A DNA stretch of 64,000 nucleotides, taken from positions 736,001 through 800,000 of the forward strand of contig CAWEZH010000003.1 of NCBI GenBank assembly GCA_963813535.1, given 5' to 3'. Source of the stretch: an uncultured Chloroflexia bacterium (GTDB lineage Bacteria; Chloroflexota; Limnocylindria; Limnocylindrales; CSP1-4). Below, in pieces: positions 27,440 to 37,966 of the stretch. The position numbers and the translations under genes are program-made. The notes beneath the pieces were generated by a model that saw nothing but the letters and a program-made list of their open reading frames with translations, searched no databases and was not told where the DNA came from. How positions within the stretch are numbered: position 1 is the stretch's first letter; every line of letters starts with the position of its first letter.

Positions 27440-28516
27440 ATGACCCACGTCTTCGTCGCGCCGCATCCGGACGACGTCGCCCTGTCGTGTGGCGGCCTCA
27501 TCGCCAATCTGCGCGAGCTCGGCCAGGTCGTCACGATCATCACGGTCTTCTCGGGCGACGACGTCGAGGGCGGCATCGGGGGCGGGCTCGGCACCTACCA
27601 GCGCGAGGCGCTCGGCTTCGGGAGCAAGACCATGTGGCCGTCGACCGAGGCGTTCAACCGGAGCTCGATCCTGCCCGACTTCCCGATCGTGCCGGCATGG
27701 GAAGCCGGTGAGGAAGGCCTCGAGGCGACGCAGTCGGAGGCCGACGCATCCGCCAAGCGCTTCTGGCAGCGAGCGTCGTGGTATCGGCGGGCGAGCATCC
27801 GGAACGAACCACTCGCCGGCCAGGCCGTCATCGACGATGTGCCGACGCAGGGCCCGGTCCTCACCGATGAGGTCGTGGATGCTGCGGCGGCCGGCGACCT
27901 CATGGCCCGCCGACGCATCGAGGATGAGCGGTACGCCTACTTCTCCGAGGCGTCGATCGTCTTCCTGGACCAGCCGGACGCGGTCTTCCGTGGGTATGCG
28001 ACCGACGACGAGCTGCTCGGGACACCGCGCGAGGGCGACGTTCGCCTCGAGGGTCTCCTGCGCCGGGAGATCGACCGGCTCGAGCCCCAGCAGCTCTACC
28101 TCCCCCTCGGCGTCGGGGGCCACGTCGACCACCAGCTCTGCCGGCAGGCCGGCATCGACCTGCTCCTGTCGGGCGACCGCTGGGTGATGCCCGGTCCCGA
28201 TTACGCGGGGACCATCGTCTTCTACGAGGACTTCCCGTACTCGCTCTGGAACGACTTCAGGACGCTCGACCAACTGGGACCGGACGCGCTGGCCGGCATG
28301 CCGTCCGACGTGAGCCTGTTCCCCGCGTACACCGATATCAGCGACCAGATCGAGAAGAAGATCACCGGCATCACCATCTACGAGAGCCAGATCGAGCGCC
28401 TGTTCGACGACACGCGCCAGATGGCCGATGCGGTGCGATCGTACGGCGCGGCGCTCGGGGTCCTGGGCGACGTCGCCGGCCCGGCCGAGCGGTACTGGCG
28501 GACGAGCCGCGTCTGA
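27440..28516 (+). CDS. PIG-L family de-N-acetylase
   Basis: APHPDDVALSCGG, GGHVDH, YEDFPY, YESQ. Confidence 0.88.
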   Translation: MTHVFVAPHPDDVALSCGGLIANLRELGQVVTIITVFSGDDVEGGIGGGLGTYQREALGFGSKTMWPSTEAFNRSSILPDFPIVPAWEAGEEGLEATQSEADASAKRFWQRASWYRRASIRNEPLAGQAVIDDVPTQGPVLTDEVVDAAAAGDLMARRRIEDERYAYFSEASIVFLDQPDAVFRGYATDDELLGTPREGDVRLEGLLRREIDRLEPQQLYLPLGVGGHVDHQLCRQAGIDLLLSGDRWVMPGPDYAGTIVFYEDFPYSLWNDFRTLDQLGPDALAGMPSDVSLFPAYTDISDQIEKKITGITIYESQIERLFDDTRQMADAVRSYGAALGVLGDVAGPAERYWRTSRV

Positions 28517-28520
28517 ACCC

Positions 28521-29768
28521 GTGCCAGCCGGCTGGCGTCGCGCCGACTGGCTGATCGTCCTCGTTGCCATCGTGGCGGGGACAGCCATCCGCCTCTGGCT
28601 GCTCCCGATGGACGGGCTGCGCGCGGACCTGGATCAGTTCATCGGCTGGGTCCATCACATCACGACCCGCGGCCTGGGGACGCTGTACGGCCCGACCGAC
28701 GCCGGCCCGGTGAGCTTCGGGCCCGTGATGGCCTACGTCTGGACGGTGCTGGCCGCCGTCCAGCCAGCATTCGCGATCGTCACCGACGGCACCGATCCGG
28801 CGATCCGGGCGCTCATGAAGGTCCCCGCGATCCTCGCCGACTACGGGCTTGCGGCGCTCGTCGCCTATGCGCTGCGCGACCGGCCGCGCTGGGCGGCGAT
28901 CGGTGTGGCCGCGGTCCTGCTCCACCCCGTCGTCTACTACGTGAGCGCGTGGTGGGGGCAGTACGACTCGATCTACGCGCTCAGCGGCTTGGCCGCCGCG
29001 GTCGCGGCGATCAACCGTCGAAACGGCCTGGCCGCGGCGCTCCTCGCCGTCGCGTTGATGACCAAGCCACAGGCGATCCCCTTCGTCGTGCCGTTCGTCG
29101 CCTGGTTCTGGGCGACCGGCGGGGTCCGCGAACTGGCGCGGGCCGCGGTCATCGGCGCGGCAGTGGTGGTCGTCCTCTGGCTGCCGTTCGCCCCGGCGGA
29201 CGGTCCGGCGTATTACCTGCAGTCCGTGCGCGAGTACTCGAGCGGGGTCTTCGCGATCCTGTCGCTGCGGGCGTGGAACCCGTGGTGGATCGTCCAGGAG
29301 ATCGCCGGGCGGGCGGACTTCATCCGCGACGATGTCGCCTTCCTCGGCCCACTCACGCTCAGGCACGTCGGGTACGCCATCACGGGCGTCCTATCTGTGA
29401 TCATCGCGCTCGCGATCGTGCGCGACCCGTCCCCGCGCCGCCTGATCCTCGGTCTGGCGGCGTCGAGCCTGGTGTTCTTCACGTTCATGACCCAGATGCA
29501 CGAGCGCTATGCGTTCGCGGCGTTCATCTTCCTCATCCTGCTGCTCGATGAACGCCCGACGCGGTGGGTATGGATCGTCTTCGGGACGGTGCTGATGTTC
29601 GACCTGTTCAGCGCCGCGCCGGCGACCGTCGTGATGCAGCAGGTCCTGCCGAACAGCGGGCCGGTCGCCATCGTGGGGTCTGTCGTGGTGACGCTCTCGA
29701 CGCTCGCCCTGGTCGTGATCGCGACACGGCGGACGCAGCCGGGGCGCGCCGCACACATCACGGCGTGA
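28521..29768 (+). CDS. GT-C membrane glycosyltransferase (Alg6/PIG-M-like)
   Basis: KVPAILAD, SAWWGQYDS, TKPQ, QMHERY. Confidence 0.8.
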   Translation: MPAGWRRADWLIVLVAIVAGTAIRLWLLPMDGLRADLDQFIGWVHHITTRGLGTLYGPTDAGPVSFGPVMAYVWTVLAAVQPAFAIVTDGTDPAIRALMKVPAILADYGLAALVAYALRDRPRWAAIGVAAVLLHPVVYYVSAWWGQYDSIYALSGLAAAVAAINRRNGLAAALLAVALMTKPQAIPFVVPFVAWFWATGGVRELARAAVIGAAVVVVLWLPFAPADGPAYYLQSVREYSSGVFAILSLRAWNPWWIVQEIAGRADFIRDDVAFLGPLTLRHVGYAITGVLSVIIALAIVRDPSPRRLILGLAASSLVFFTFMTQMHERYAFAAFIFLILLLDERPTRWVWIVFGTVLMFDLFSAAPATVVMQQVLPNSGPVAIVGSVVVTLSTLALVVIATRRTQPGRAAHITA

Positions 29769-31141
29769 TGGACGAGGTGTCCGGATCCGCCACCAGTCGG
29801 GCGCCGCGACCGGCGACGGTGGCATTCGGCATCATCGCGATCATCGCCTTCGCAGCCCTGCTGTGGCTCGGCCGGGGCATGACGTTCTTTGCGGACGAGT
29901 GGGCGTTCATCCAGACCCGCTCGCTGGGCGATCCGAGATCCTGGTTCGTGCCGCACAACGAGCACTGGGTCACGATCCCGGTGCTGCTCTATCGGACCGT
30001 GGTCGAGACGGTGGGGATCGGGTCGTACGTGCCGTACCTCGTCGTCCTGCTGGTACTCCATGTGGCCGTTGCGACGCTCGTGTACCGGCTGACCTTGCGG
30101 TCGGCTGGTCCACGGTTCGCGCTCGTGGCGGCGACGATCGCGCTCTTCCTCGGCGGAGGCTTCGAGAACCTGTACTGGGGGTTCCAGATCTCCTTCGTCG
30201 GCTCGACGCTGTTCGGCCTGATCGCAATGGAGGTGTCCGATGGCGAGCCTGACTCACGCCGGGCGTGGCTGGTCGCCGCGCTGCTCCTCGCCTCCCTGGC
30301 GACCTCCGGGATCGGGGTCGTGGTCTCCTTCGCCATCGGGATCGAATGGCTCGCCGACCGGCGTTGGCGGCCGTACGTGCCCTACCTCGTGGTCCCGGCC
30401 GGGGTCTTCCTCGTCTGGTACCTGGCCTTCGGCCGCTACGGTCTCAGCCCGGACCGGGATCCCATCTCAGCGGAGGCCATCGCGTCGATCCCGCGCTTCG
30501 TCGCGGATGGACTCGGCACCGTGCTCGGCGTCGTGGCGGGCGTGCCAGCGGAGGCGGGGCTTCTGGTGCTGGCCGCGGTCTTGATCGCCGTCGGGATCCG
30601 CCACCCCCGCCGCCTGCGATCGCCACGGGTGATCGGCATCGCCATGGCCATCGTCGCCCAGTACGCGCTGGCGGCGTTGGTCCGAGCGCACCTGTTCGAG
30701 GGCCAGGCGGAGTACACGCGCTACGTGTACACGCCGGCCATCCTGGCGCTCGTCGCCGCGGGGGTGCTCGTGCGCGGGATCAAGCGCACGTCCGAGGGTC
30801 GGAAGCGCCTCTACACGACCGTCGGGCTGGCGGTCTGGGCGACCACCGCCCTGATCCTCAACGGACGATTTCTGATCGCGGGTCGCGAGCTGTTCCTGGC
30901 CCGCGCCGACATGACGCGCGCGCTCGTGACCGTCGCCCTTGCACCGGACCGCCCATCGGGCGTCGACACGACCCGCTCCCTGGTCCTGGTCCCGTCACCG
31001 GATTCGCTCGGGCTGATCGTCGAGCGCTATGGGGATCCCCGCACCGATTCGCTCATCCCCGGGTCAGTGCGCCCCATCCCGCCCGAGATCCTCACCGAGG
31101 CGCGGCGCCGGCTCATCGAGGGCGCCCCGCTCCCGCGCTAG
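29768..31141 (+). CDS. Polytopic membrane protein, possible GT-C
   Basis: TM1 followed by FFADEW and PHNEHW; ~11 TM segments. Confidence 0.65.
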   Translation: MDEVSGSATSRAPRPATVAFGIIAIIAFAALLWLGRGMTFFADEWAFIQTRSLGDPRSWFVPHNEHWVTIPVLLYRTVVETVGIGSYVPYLVVLLVLHVAVATLVYRLTLRSAGPRFALVAATIALFLGGGFENLYWGFQISFVGSTLFGLIAMEVSDGEPDSRRAWLVAALLLASLATSGIGVVVSFAIGIEWLADRRWRPYVPYLVVPAGVFLVWYLAFGRYGLSPDRDPISAEAIASIPRFVADGLGTVLGVVAGVPAEAGLLVLAAVLIAVGIRHPRRLRSPRVIGIAMAIVAQYALAALVRAHLFEGQAEYTRYVYTPAILALVAAGVLVRGIKRTSEGRKRLYTTVGLAVWATTALILNGRFLIAGRELFLARADMTRALVTVALAPDRPSGVDTTRSLVLVPSPDSLGLIVERYGDPRTDSLIPGSVRPIPPEILTEARRRLIEGAPLPR

Positions 31142-31988
31142 CATCGGCAGCCGGTCGGGACCGAGTACCTGGATGACGGCGAGGGCCATCACGACCAGGG
31201 GAGCCATCAGGACCATCGGCAGGGCGAGGAACGCCGCGACGATCGGTCGACCGACCAAGCGCCGGCAGCGCCATCGCCACGTAGTAGAACTGCGTCGCGG
31301 GGAAGACGGCCGGGACCGCGAACCACTCGGCGCCCTGCCGACGCAGGACCCACAGCGCCGCGAGGGTGGGGACCACGAGGATCGGGAACCGCCACGCGCT
31401 GCCGTTCCACGCCGTCTCCAGGTGGCTGCCGACGCCGAGGCCTCGATCCAGGTAGAGCTGCCAGGGCAGGACCAGGGTCACGACGGCCAGGACGGCACCG
31501 GCGACGACGAGGTGCCGCCAGCGCGTGACCAGCGGGATCGCGGCATAGAGCTTCAGACCGACCGCCGCGACCGCGCCGACGAGGCTGCCCTGGACGAGCA
31601 GGGCGAGCGCGATGGTCTGCGGGTTGCCGTTCCAGACGCCATGCAGCAGCGGCGGGAAGGCCAGATACCACCAGGGAAGCTCGAGCTTTCGGATGAGCCA
31701 CACCGCGGCGACGGCACCGGCCGCCAGCCAGAGCCATGTCGAGACCGTGACCGGCAGGACGCTCGTCGGTGCGTAGAACAGCAGCGTGTGCGGGCCTGCC
31801 GCGTAGGGGATGCCCGACTCCGTCACCGACCACGGGTCGCCACCGGCGAGCCAGGTCGTCGCCGCGTTCTGGTAGTGGCGGGCATCGATCCCGAGCGCGT
31901 CCGGCTTGGCGATCCACAGGAGGTCGATGACCACGAACCAGGCCGGCAGGCCGATCCGCTCCAGGGCGAGCCGAAGGCGCTCGATCAT
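31064..31988 (-). CDS. GT87-like membrane glycosyltransferase (frameshift near 31255)
   Basis: IDARHY..A...WLAGGDPW, GN, LKLY; the C-terminus continues in ORF 31064-31258. Confidence 0.65.
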
Positions 31989-32716
31989 CTGGCGGGTCGT
32001 CGCTCCGGACGGCGCAATCGCCCGACGAATGCGCGCCGGTACCAATGCAGGTAGTGCGGCAGCCACTTGCGAAGCCGGAAGTTGCTCTGGCCGGCCGTCC
32101 GATCCCGCCAGGTCGTGGGGACCTCGGCCACCGTCCGGCGATCGAGGGTCGCCTTGACGGTCAGCTCGAGAGCCAGCTCGAAACCGGCGGTGCTCTCGAT
32201 GACGACCGTGTCGAGGAACCGGCGCGCGTAGAGCTTGAAGTTGTTGGTCGGATCGTGGGTCGGCACGCCGGCGAACCAATGGAGCGTCAGGCCCGCGGTT
32301 CGGCTCATGATCCGCTTGAGCAGCGGTCCACCGACCTGTCGGCCCCCGCGCATGTAGCGCGACGCCGCGACGACGTCGGCGCCGTCCCGGGCGAGCCCGA
32401 CCATCCGGTCGACGATGGCCGGCTCGTCCGAGCCGTCGGCCATCGTGATGAGCACGTAGTCCCCACGGCCCGCGGCGATGCCCGCCTTCATCGCGTTGAG
32501 CACGCCCCGACCCAGGTCGTTGCGGAGGCCGCGGACCTGTGGCAGCTCGGCCGCCAACCTGGCGATGACCGGGACGGTCGGGTCCTCGTCGAAGTCGTAC
32601 ACGACGAGGATCTCGTGGGGCGTGGCGATGTCCCGGGCGATCGCCCGGAGCGCCGGCTCGACGGCCTCGCCTTCCTTGAAGACCGGCATGACGATCGAGA
32701 GCTCGGGGCCGGTCAT
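31985..32716 (-). CDS. GT2 polyprenyl-phosphate glycosyltransferase (DPM synthase-like)
   Basis: SIVMPVFKE, MADGSD, ASRYMRGG, DPTNNFKLY, EVP.TWRDR..GQS. Confidence 0.88.
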   Translation of the reverse strand: MTGPELSIVMPVFKEGEAVEPALRAIARDIATPHEILVVYDFDEDPTVPVIARLAAELPQVRGLRNDLGRGVLNAMKAGIAAGRGDYVLITMADGSDEPAIVDRMVGLARDGADVVAASRYMRGGRQVGGPLLKRIMSRTAGLTLHWFAGVPTHDPTNNFKLYARRFLDTVVIESTAGFELALELTVKATLDRRTVAEVPTTWRDRTAGQSNFRLRKWLPHYLHWYRRAFVGRLRRPERRPAR

Positions 32717-33372
32717 GGCCGGGCCTCGCCCACGAAGAGCGTTTGCCGGCCCAGCAGCCACCAGGCCGGCCGGAACCCGAGGTACGCACGGACCAGGCGC
32801 GCGTCGGTCGGGAGCCGACCCTTTGTCGAGTAGGGCAGGAACCGGGTGACGAGCTCGACCGTATGGAGCTGCGCGAGCTCGGCCGCCTCGAGCAGGCTGC
32901 GCTCGGTAAGGGCGACCTTGTGGTCGATGAAGTCCCAGTAGCGCGGCCCCACGAGCCGGATGTTGGGCTGCAGGATGATCGCCCGTCCGCCGGGTCGGAG
33001 CAGTTGCCGCGCGACCCGCAGCTGGTCGATGACGGCTTCGCTCGACTCCAGGTGCTCGAGGTAGTTGCTCATGAAGACCGTGCCGAAGTAGCCGTTCGGG
33101 ACCACGTCCGCAAGCGCGAGACCGGAGGACTGCACGAAACGGACGCGTTCGGGCAGAGCGTCCCGCATATCACGGATGTCCGTGGCCCAATGCTCCGAGG
33201 CCTGGGTCCAGCGGATGAAATGTCCGCGGTCGCACCCGATGTCGAGCACCGGAGCGTCGGGGTCGACCCAGCGCTGCAGGTAGCCGACGATCTCGCGCCA
33301 CACCGCGTCCTTGGCGCTGACCTCCCGTTCGTCGAACCGGGAGTCATACAGCTCCGGCAGGAGCCGGCTCAC
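32713..33372 (-). CDS. Class I SAM-dependent methyltransferase
   Basis: VLDIGCDRG, SNYLEHL, LRPGG. Confidence 0.88.
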   Translation of the reverse strand: MSRLLPELYDSRFDEREVSAKDAVWREIVGYLQRWVDPDAPVLDIGCDRGHFIRWTQASEHWATDIRDMRDALPERVRFVQSSGLALADVVPNGYFGTVFMSNYLEHLESSEAVIDQLRVARQLLRPGGRAIILQPNIRLVGPRYWDFIDHKVALTERSLLEAAELAQLHTVELVTRFLPYSTKGRLPTDARLVRAYLGFRPAWWLLGRQTLFVGEARP

Positions 33373-34391
33373 AGCCGGCCGGCCTCCACCTCACCGCGGA
33401 TCCAGGGGATGACCTCGTCGAGCATCTCGTCGAGCGTGGTCGTGGCCTCGAAGTCCAGCACGTCCCGCGCCTTGCGGACGTCCGGGACGCGCATCTGCAC
33501 GTCGTGATCGAAGGGCGGGTCGGACACGGTCCGGAACTCGCGATCGGGGCCATGGACCTTCCGCCAGATCGCTTCGGCGAGCTCGAGCACGGTCGTCGAC
33601 CGCGCCGTCGACAGGTTCACGTCCTCGTTGACCATCCGGTCCGATTCCAGCGCGAGCCGGATGCCGTGGGCAAGGTCGCCACCGTACGTGTAGTGGCGGA
33701 CCTGCGTCCCGTCGCCCAGGATGTGGAGCGGGTCCTGGCCGCGGAGGACCTTGAGCGCGAGGTCGGGCACCACGTGGGACAGCGCCAGCTTGACGTTGCC
33801 CGACATGACGTCCGTGTCGCGCAGCGCGCGGCGCTCCCCGATGCCGACGCAGTTGAACGGTCGGACGATCGTGTACGGCAGCTGGTATTGCTCCCAGGCT
33901 CCCTTCGCGAAGTACTCGGACGCGAGCTTCTGGAAGCCGTAGGTGGACACCGGCGGGGGCGACGAGAGCTCCGCGCCCTCGGGGGTCGGGAAGACCGTCG
34001 CCGACTCGTACACCATCGATGACGACATCACCACGATCCGCTGCAGGTGGCCGTCCCGATGCGCGGCGATGGCGGCGTCGAACGTCGAGGCGAGGATCCG
34101 CTCGTTTTCGGCGATCAGGTCGTAGGCGAACTCGTGGAAGTAGCTGATCCCGCCGATCATCGCGGCCGACGCGACGACCTGATCGACATCCGCGGCGAGC
34201 TCGCGCATCAGGCGCGCGTCCTTGGCATCACCCTCGACGAAGCGGTAGCACGGGTGGCTGTCGTACGACTTGGCGATGCGGCCGTACTTGGAGAAATCGT
34301 CGAGCCCGACGACGTCGTGACCCGCCTCGAGCAGCTCGGGGACGAGGTAGCCGTTGATGAACCCGGCCGCCCCGGTCACGAGGATCCGCAT
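33369..34391 (-). CDS. NAD-dependent nucleotide-sugar epimerase/dehydratase
   Basis: MRILVTGAAGFING, SSSMVY, YGFQK. Confidence 0.92.
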   Translation of the reverse strand: MRILVTGAAGFINGYLVPELLEAGHDVVGLDDFSKYGRIAKSYDSHPCYRFVEGDAKDARLMRELAADVDQVVASAAMIGGISYFHEFAYDLIAENERILASTFDAAIAAHRDGHLQRIVVMSSSMVYESATVFPTPEGAELSSPPPVSTYGFQKLASEYFAKGAWEQYQLPYTIVRPFNCVGIGERRALRDTDVMSGNVKLALSHVVPDLALKVLRGQDPLHILGDGTQVRHYTYGGDLAHGIRLALESDRMVNEDVNLSTARSTTVLELAEAIWRKVHGPDREFRTVSDPPFDHDVQMRVPDVRKARDVLDFEATTTLDEMLDEVIPWIRGEVEAGRL

Positions 34392-35596
34392 CAGAGCCGG
34401 ATCCCGCCGCCGAGCACGCCCCACACGTCGACGACGTCCTTGCCGCCGACGTCGAGACCGCGGTACGCCCGATGCGGCGCCCCCAGCACCAGGATGTCGC
34501 TTTCGCCGAGCACGCAGTCGAGCGTCACGAGGCGATCGTCGTCGACGAACGGGTCGGTCCCGAGGACACGGGCGCCGGACCACGACAGCAGCTTGCGCAG
34601 CTTGTACGAGAGCGAGGCACGGGTATCGTCGGACTCCGCCTTGAACGCCATGCCGAGGATCCCGACGGTCTTCCCGTTCAGGCCGCCGTACCGGCGCTCG
34701 AGCGCCGCCACGATGTAGGCCGGCAGGCCCTCGTTGACCTGCATCGCGGCCTGCCCCATCGGGAAGTGGTCGGTCGTGAACGCGGCGAGCTGCATCGCGT
34801 CCTTGAACAGGCAAGGGCCAGCGGCGAAGCCCGGGCCGGGCAGGTCGGCAGCACGCGGATAGTCCTCGCGGATGGCCCGCAGGACGTTCGTGTAATCGAC
34901 CCCCGCCTGGTCGGCGATCATGAAGAACTGGTTCGCCACCGCGAATTTCATATAGCGCCAGGTGTTGGTGAAGAGCTTCGCGAGCTCGGCCTCCTTGGTC
35001 GAGGTGCGGATGGTCTTGGCGACGAGGTGCTGGAACAGGGCGCTCGCCCGTTCTGCCGAACGGTCGTCGTCGGCACCGATGATCTGCGGCAGCGTCCGCA
35101 GCTCCTCCAGGGCGTGGCCCTCGGCGATGCGCTCGGGGCAGAACGCGACGTCCACGGTGCAGCCGGCCTCGGCAAGGTGCTGGGTGACGTAGGCCGTTGT
35201 GCCCGGGTAGACGGTGCTCCGCAGGACGACCAGCGCGCCCTCCCGGAGGTGCGGGGCGATCTGGTTCACGACCTTCTCGAAGACGGTCATCGATGGCCCG
35301 AGGAACTCGTCGACCGGCGTCCCGACCACGACGATGAGGGCGTCGGTCCGCTCGATCATGTCACCCGACGTGCCCAACTCGAGCCGGCCGGTCCGCAGGA
35401 CCGACCGGAGCAGCTCGTCGGCACCGGTCTCGAGGAACGGCATCTCCCCTGCGCCGATCCGGTCGAGCGTCGACTGGTTGGTGTCGTAGACGCCCACGCG
35501 CAGCCCGGCGTCGGCCAGGGTCAGACTCAGGGGCAGCCCGACGTGGCCGCCGCCGCCGAGGACGACGACGTCGAGATCCGTCTGATCGTGGGTCAT
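34391..35596 (-). CDS. UDP-glucose/GDP-mannose family nucleotide-sugar dehydrogenase
   Basis: GGGHVGLP, RSTVYPGTT, FCPERI, AELAKL, GPCLFKD, GMAFK. Confidence 0.93.
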   Translation of the reverse strand: MTHDQTDLDVVVLGGGGHVGLPLSLTLADAGLRVGVYDTNQSTLDRIGAGEMPFLETGADELLRSVLRTGRLELGTSGDMIERTDALIVVVGTPVDEFLGPSMTVFEKVVNQIAPHLREGALVVLRSTVYPGTTAYVTQHLAEAGCTVDVAFCPERIAEGHALEELRTLPQIIGADDDRSAERASALFQHLVAKTIRTSTKEAELAKLFTNTWRYMKFAVANQFFMIADQAGVDYTNVLRAIREDYPRAADLPGPGFAAGPCLFKDAMQLAAFTTDHFPMGQAAMQVNEGLPAYIVAALERRYGGLNGKTVGILGMAFKAESDDTRASLSYKLRKLLSWSGARVLGTDPFVDDDRLVTLDCVLGESDILVLGAPHRAYRGLDVGGKDVVDVWGVLGGGIRL

Positions 35597-35644
35597 GAAC
35601 GCGAGTCTAGTCGCGCGGTGCGCGACGTCACCGCACCGATGGTC

Positions 35645-37054
35645 CTAGCCGTTCGTGTACACGGCTCCCTCTGCGTCGCGATGCAGCTCACGCCAGCCGG
35701 CCGCGACGAGCCGCTCCGCGAATGCCGTGTCGCGCGCCAGGGTCACCACGAACGCCACGTCCCAGGCCTCGAGCTGGTCATCCCAGTCGCCGACGCCCGC
35801 CGCGACCTCCTCATACCGCTGCCAGATCTCGGGCGTGAAGAGCTCGATCCGGGAATCGACCGCGACCAGCTGGTCCGGGAGGGCGTACTCGAACCACGAC
35901 CCCCACGACTGGGGATTGAAGATCCGGTCGCCTGGGCGGGCCAGGTCGCGAAGCGTCGCCGTCACTCCGGCGGGCGCCGGCGTCACCAGCTCGGCTGGCA
36001 CCCCTGCGCCCGGGACCGGCTGGCGGGCGGACGGTAGTGCGAGGAGGCAGGCGAGGACGAGAACGCCCGCCAAGAGCCCGTTCACCCGGCGCATCGAGAC
36101 GGTCTCGGTGCGTACCCTGGCCACGCCGGGTCGGACCAGCGTCCCGGAGATGGCGGTCACGGCCGCGATCGGCCACCAGGCCACCCCGCGCTGGGCGTAC
36201 ACCCCGATCAGGAAGAAGGCGCCGAGCCAGGCAAGGGTCGGCCAGTCGACGCGCCGACCGGACCGGGCGATCAGCGTCACGATCGCCAGGGCCGATCCGA
36301 AGAAGAGCAGCCCGGGCACGTCCCGGAGCGAGGTCGGTTGCCACTCCGTGATCTGCGAGGTGACCGCAGCGTTGGTCGTCAGCCCGGCCGCATACACCCA
36401 CACGAACGGCCCGAGCGGTGTGAGACACGCGGCGGCTGCGCTGACGATCGTCACGACGAGGGTCTGCCGGGCCACGGGCACGCGGTCGTGAAGGTCCTCG
36501 AGCCATGCGAGGCCGAGCACCAGCGGACCGAGGAAGAACGAGCCGTGGAGGTTGGCCCAGATGGCCACGATGACCGGGGCGAGCCAGAGGCGCTGCGGGT
36601 GGTCGCGGCGATCGACGACGAGCAGCAGCACCGCGACGAAGCACACCATGCCGAGCAGCTGCGGGCGGAGGGCGAGAGCCGGGGCGGCGACCACGAACGC
36701 GATCAGCGACAGGACCGCCGCGGTCCGGATGTCGAGTCCCCGTCGGACGGCGATCAACGCGGTGCCGCCGAAGATCACGCCGACCAGCACCGCGCGGAAC
36801 ACGGCCAGCCCGACCCAACCCCCGACCGACTCCACGAGGCGGAGCACCACCTGGGCACCCCACTGCTGGTCCAGCCACGGCTGCCCCTGCACGGTGAACG
36901 TCCACGTATCCACGGTCGCGATGCGGCCGGTCGCGAGGATCTCGGCGCCGGCCCGCAGCTGGTACGCGAGGTCCACGGTGGAGATCCGAGCGATCAGGGA
37001 GGCGAGGACCGGCAGCAGCACTGCCAGCGCGACCCACAGGCGGGCGAGCGTCAC
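35645..37054 (-). CDS. Polytopic membrane protein, probable GT-C; paralog of 44964-46454
   Basis: DLAYQLRAG...DTWTFT, RPQ, WANLHGSF, ITEWQP. Confidence 0.7.
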   Translation of the reverse strand: MTLARLWVALAVLLPVLASLIARISTVDLAYQLRAGAEILATGRIATVDTWTFTVQGQPWLDQQWGAQVVLRLVESVGGWVGLAVFRAVLVGVIFGGTALIAVRRGLDIRTAAVLSLIAFVVAAPALALRPQLLGMVCFVAVLLLVVDRRDHPQRLWLAPVIVAIWANLHGSFFLGPLVLGLAWLEDLHDRVPVARQTLVVTIVSAAAACLTPLGPFVWVYAAGLTTNAAVTSQITEWQPTSLRDVPGLLFFGSALAIVTLIARSGRRVDWPTLAWLGAFFLIGVYAQRGVAWWPIAAVTAISGTLVRPGVARVRTETVSMRRVNGLLAGVLVLACLLALPSARQPVPGAGVPAELVTPAPAGVTATLRDLARPGDRIFNPQSWGSWFEYALPDQLVAVDSRIELFTPEIWQRYEEVAAGVGDWDDQLEAWDVAFVVTLARDTAFAERLVAAGWRELHRDAEGAVYTNG

Positions 37055-37066
37055 GGGCTCCCCGCG

Positions 37067-37903
37067 TCAGCGTCGCTGCATGCGCTCGACGAAGAGCGGC
37101 AGGCCGATGATCATCGCCAGGTTGGCGGGCCACAGCGTGGGGATGGCCAGCGTGGTCCCGACGATGAGGGTCCACCGCCGATCGGTCCGCGCGCCCCACG
37201 CGATCAGGGCGACGGCGGCGACGAGCCGAACGGCAAGGGGGACCGGGAAGAGCGGGTACGGCCACTGCTGGCGGGCATTCCCGACGAGGCTGTCGACCCA
37301 GTCGATCCAGTGGCCCGGCACGATCGCGAACGACACGGCGACGATCAGCGCCGTCGCGCCGAGCGCGATGGCCAGGGATCGCCATTCACGCCGGACGGCG
37401 AACCAGACGAGACCGACGCCGGGCGTCACCTTCGTGAGCAGCACGAATGCCCACGCTGCCGGATGCCGCAGCCCGACGTAGACCGCCGCCGCGAGCAGGA
37501 AGTGGATGTTGCCGACCTCGAGCTCGATCAGCGTGATCGGGATCAGCATCGCGATCAACAGCCAGTGGCGCGTGATGGCCATCAGGGTGACCGCGGTGAG
37601 GACGACCCACGCCGCCCCGAACCACTCGTAGGGCAGGGCCCTGAGCGGGGCGATCAGTTGCAGGAATGCCGGCGAGTAGAGATACGCGTTGGTCTCGCCC
37701 TCGCCGGACACGGCGTAAGGGTCGGCCCAGTCGGCCAGCCAATACGCTCGGGCGTCGTACAGCGGCATCGGTTGTCTCGTGAGGAAGAACACGAGATACG
37801 CGACGCCGAGGCCCAGGAAGATCAGGCGCCAATCCAGCACAGCCCGGACGCGTTCAAGCGTCCAGGCCTGACGCCAGGTGCGCGTTGCCGAGCCGGTCCC
37901 CAC
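37067..37903 (-). CDS. GT87 (DUF2029)-like glycosyltransferase
   Basis: DARAYW, YLYSP, GNI, LTKVTPG. Confidence 0.8.
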   Translation of the reverse strand: MGTGSATRTWRQAWTLERVRAVLDWRLIFLGLGVAYLVFFLTRQPMPLYDARAYWLADWADPYAVSGEGETNAYLYSPAFLQLIAPLRALPYEWFGAAWVVLTAVTLMAITRHWLLIAMLIPITLIELEVGNIHFLLAAAVYVGLRHPAAWAFVLLTKVTPGVGLVWFAVRREWRSLAIALGATALIVAVSFAIVPGHWIDWVDSLVGNARQQWPYPLFPVPLAVRLVAAVALIAWGARTDRRWTLIVGTTLAIPTLWPANLAMIIGLPLFVERMQRR

Positions 37904-37966
37904 GGCGCGGATGGTAGCGGTCCCTACCAAGGGCCCGCAGTCGCACGATGGTCCCACCCGCCCGGG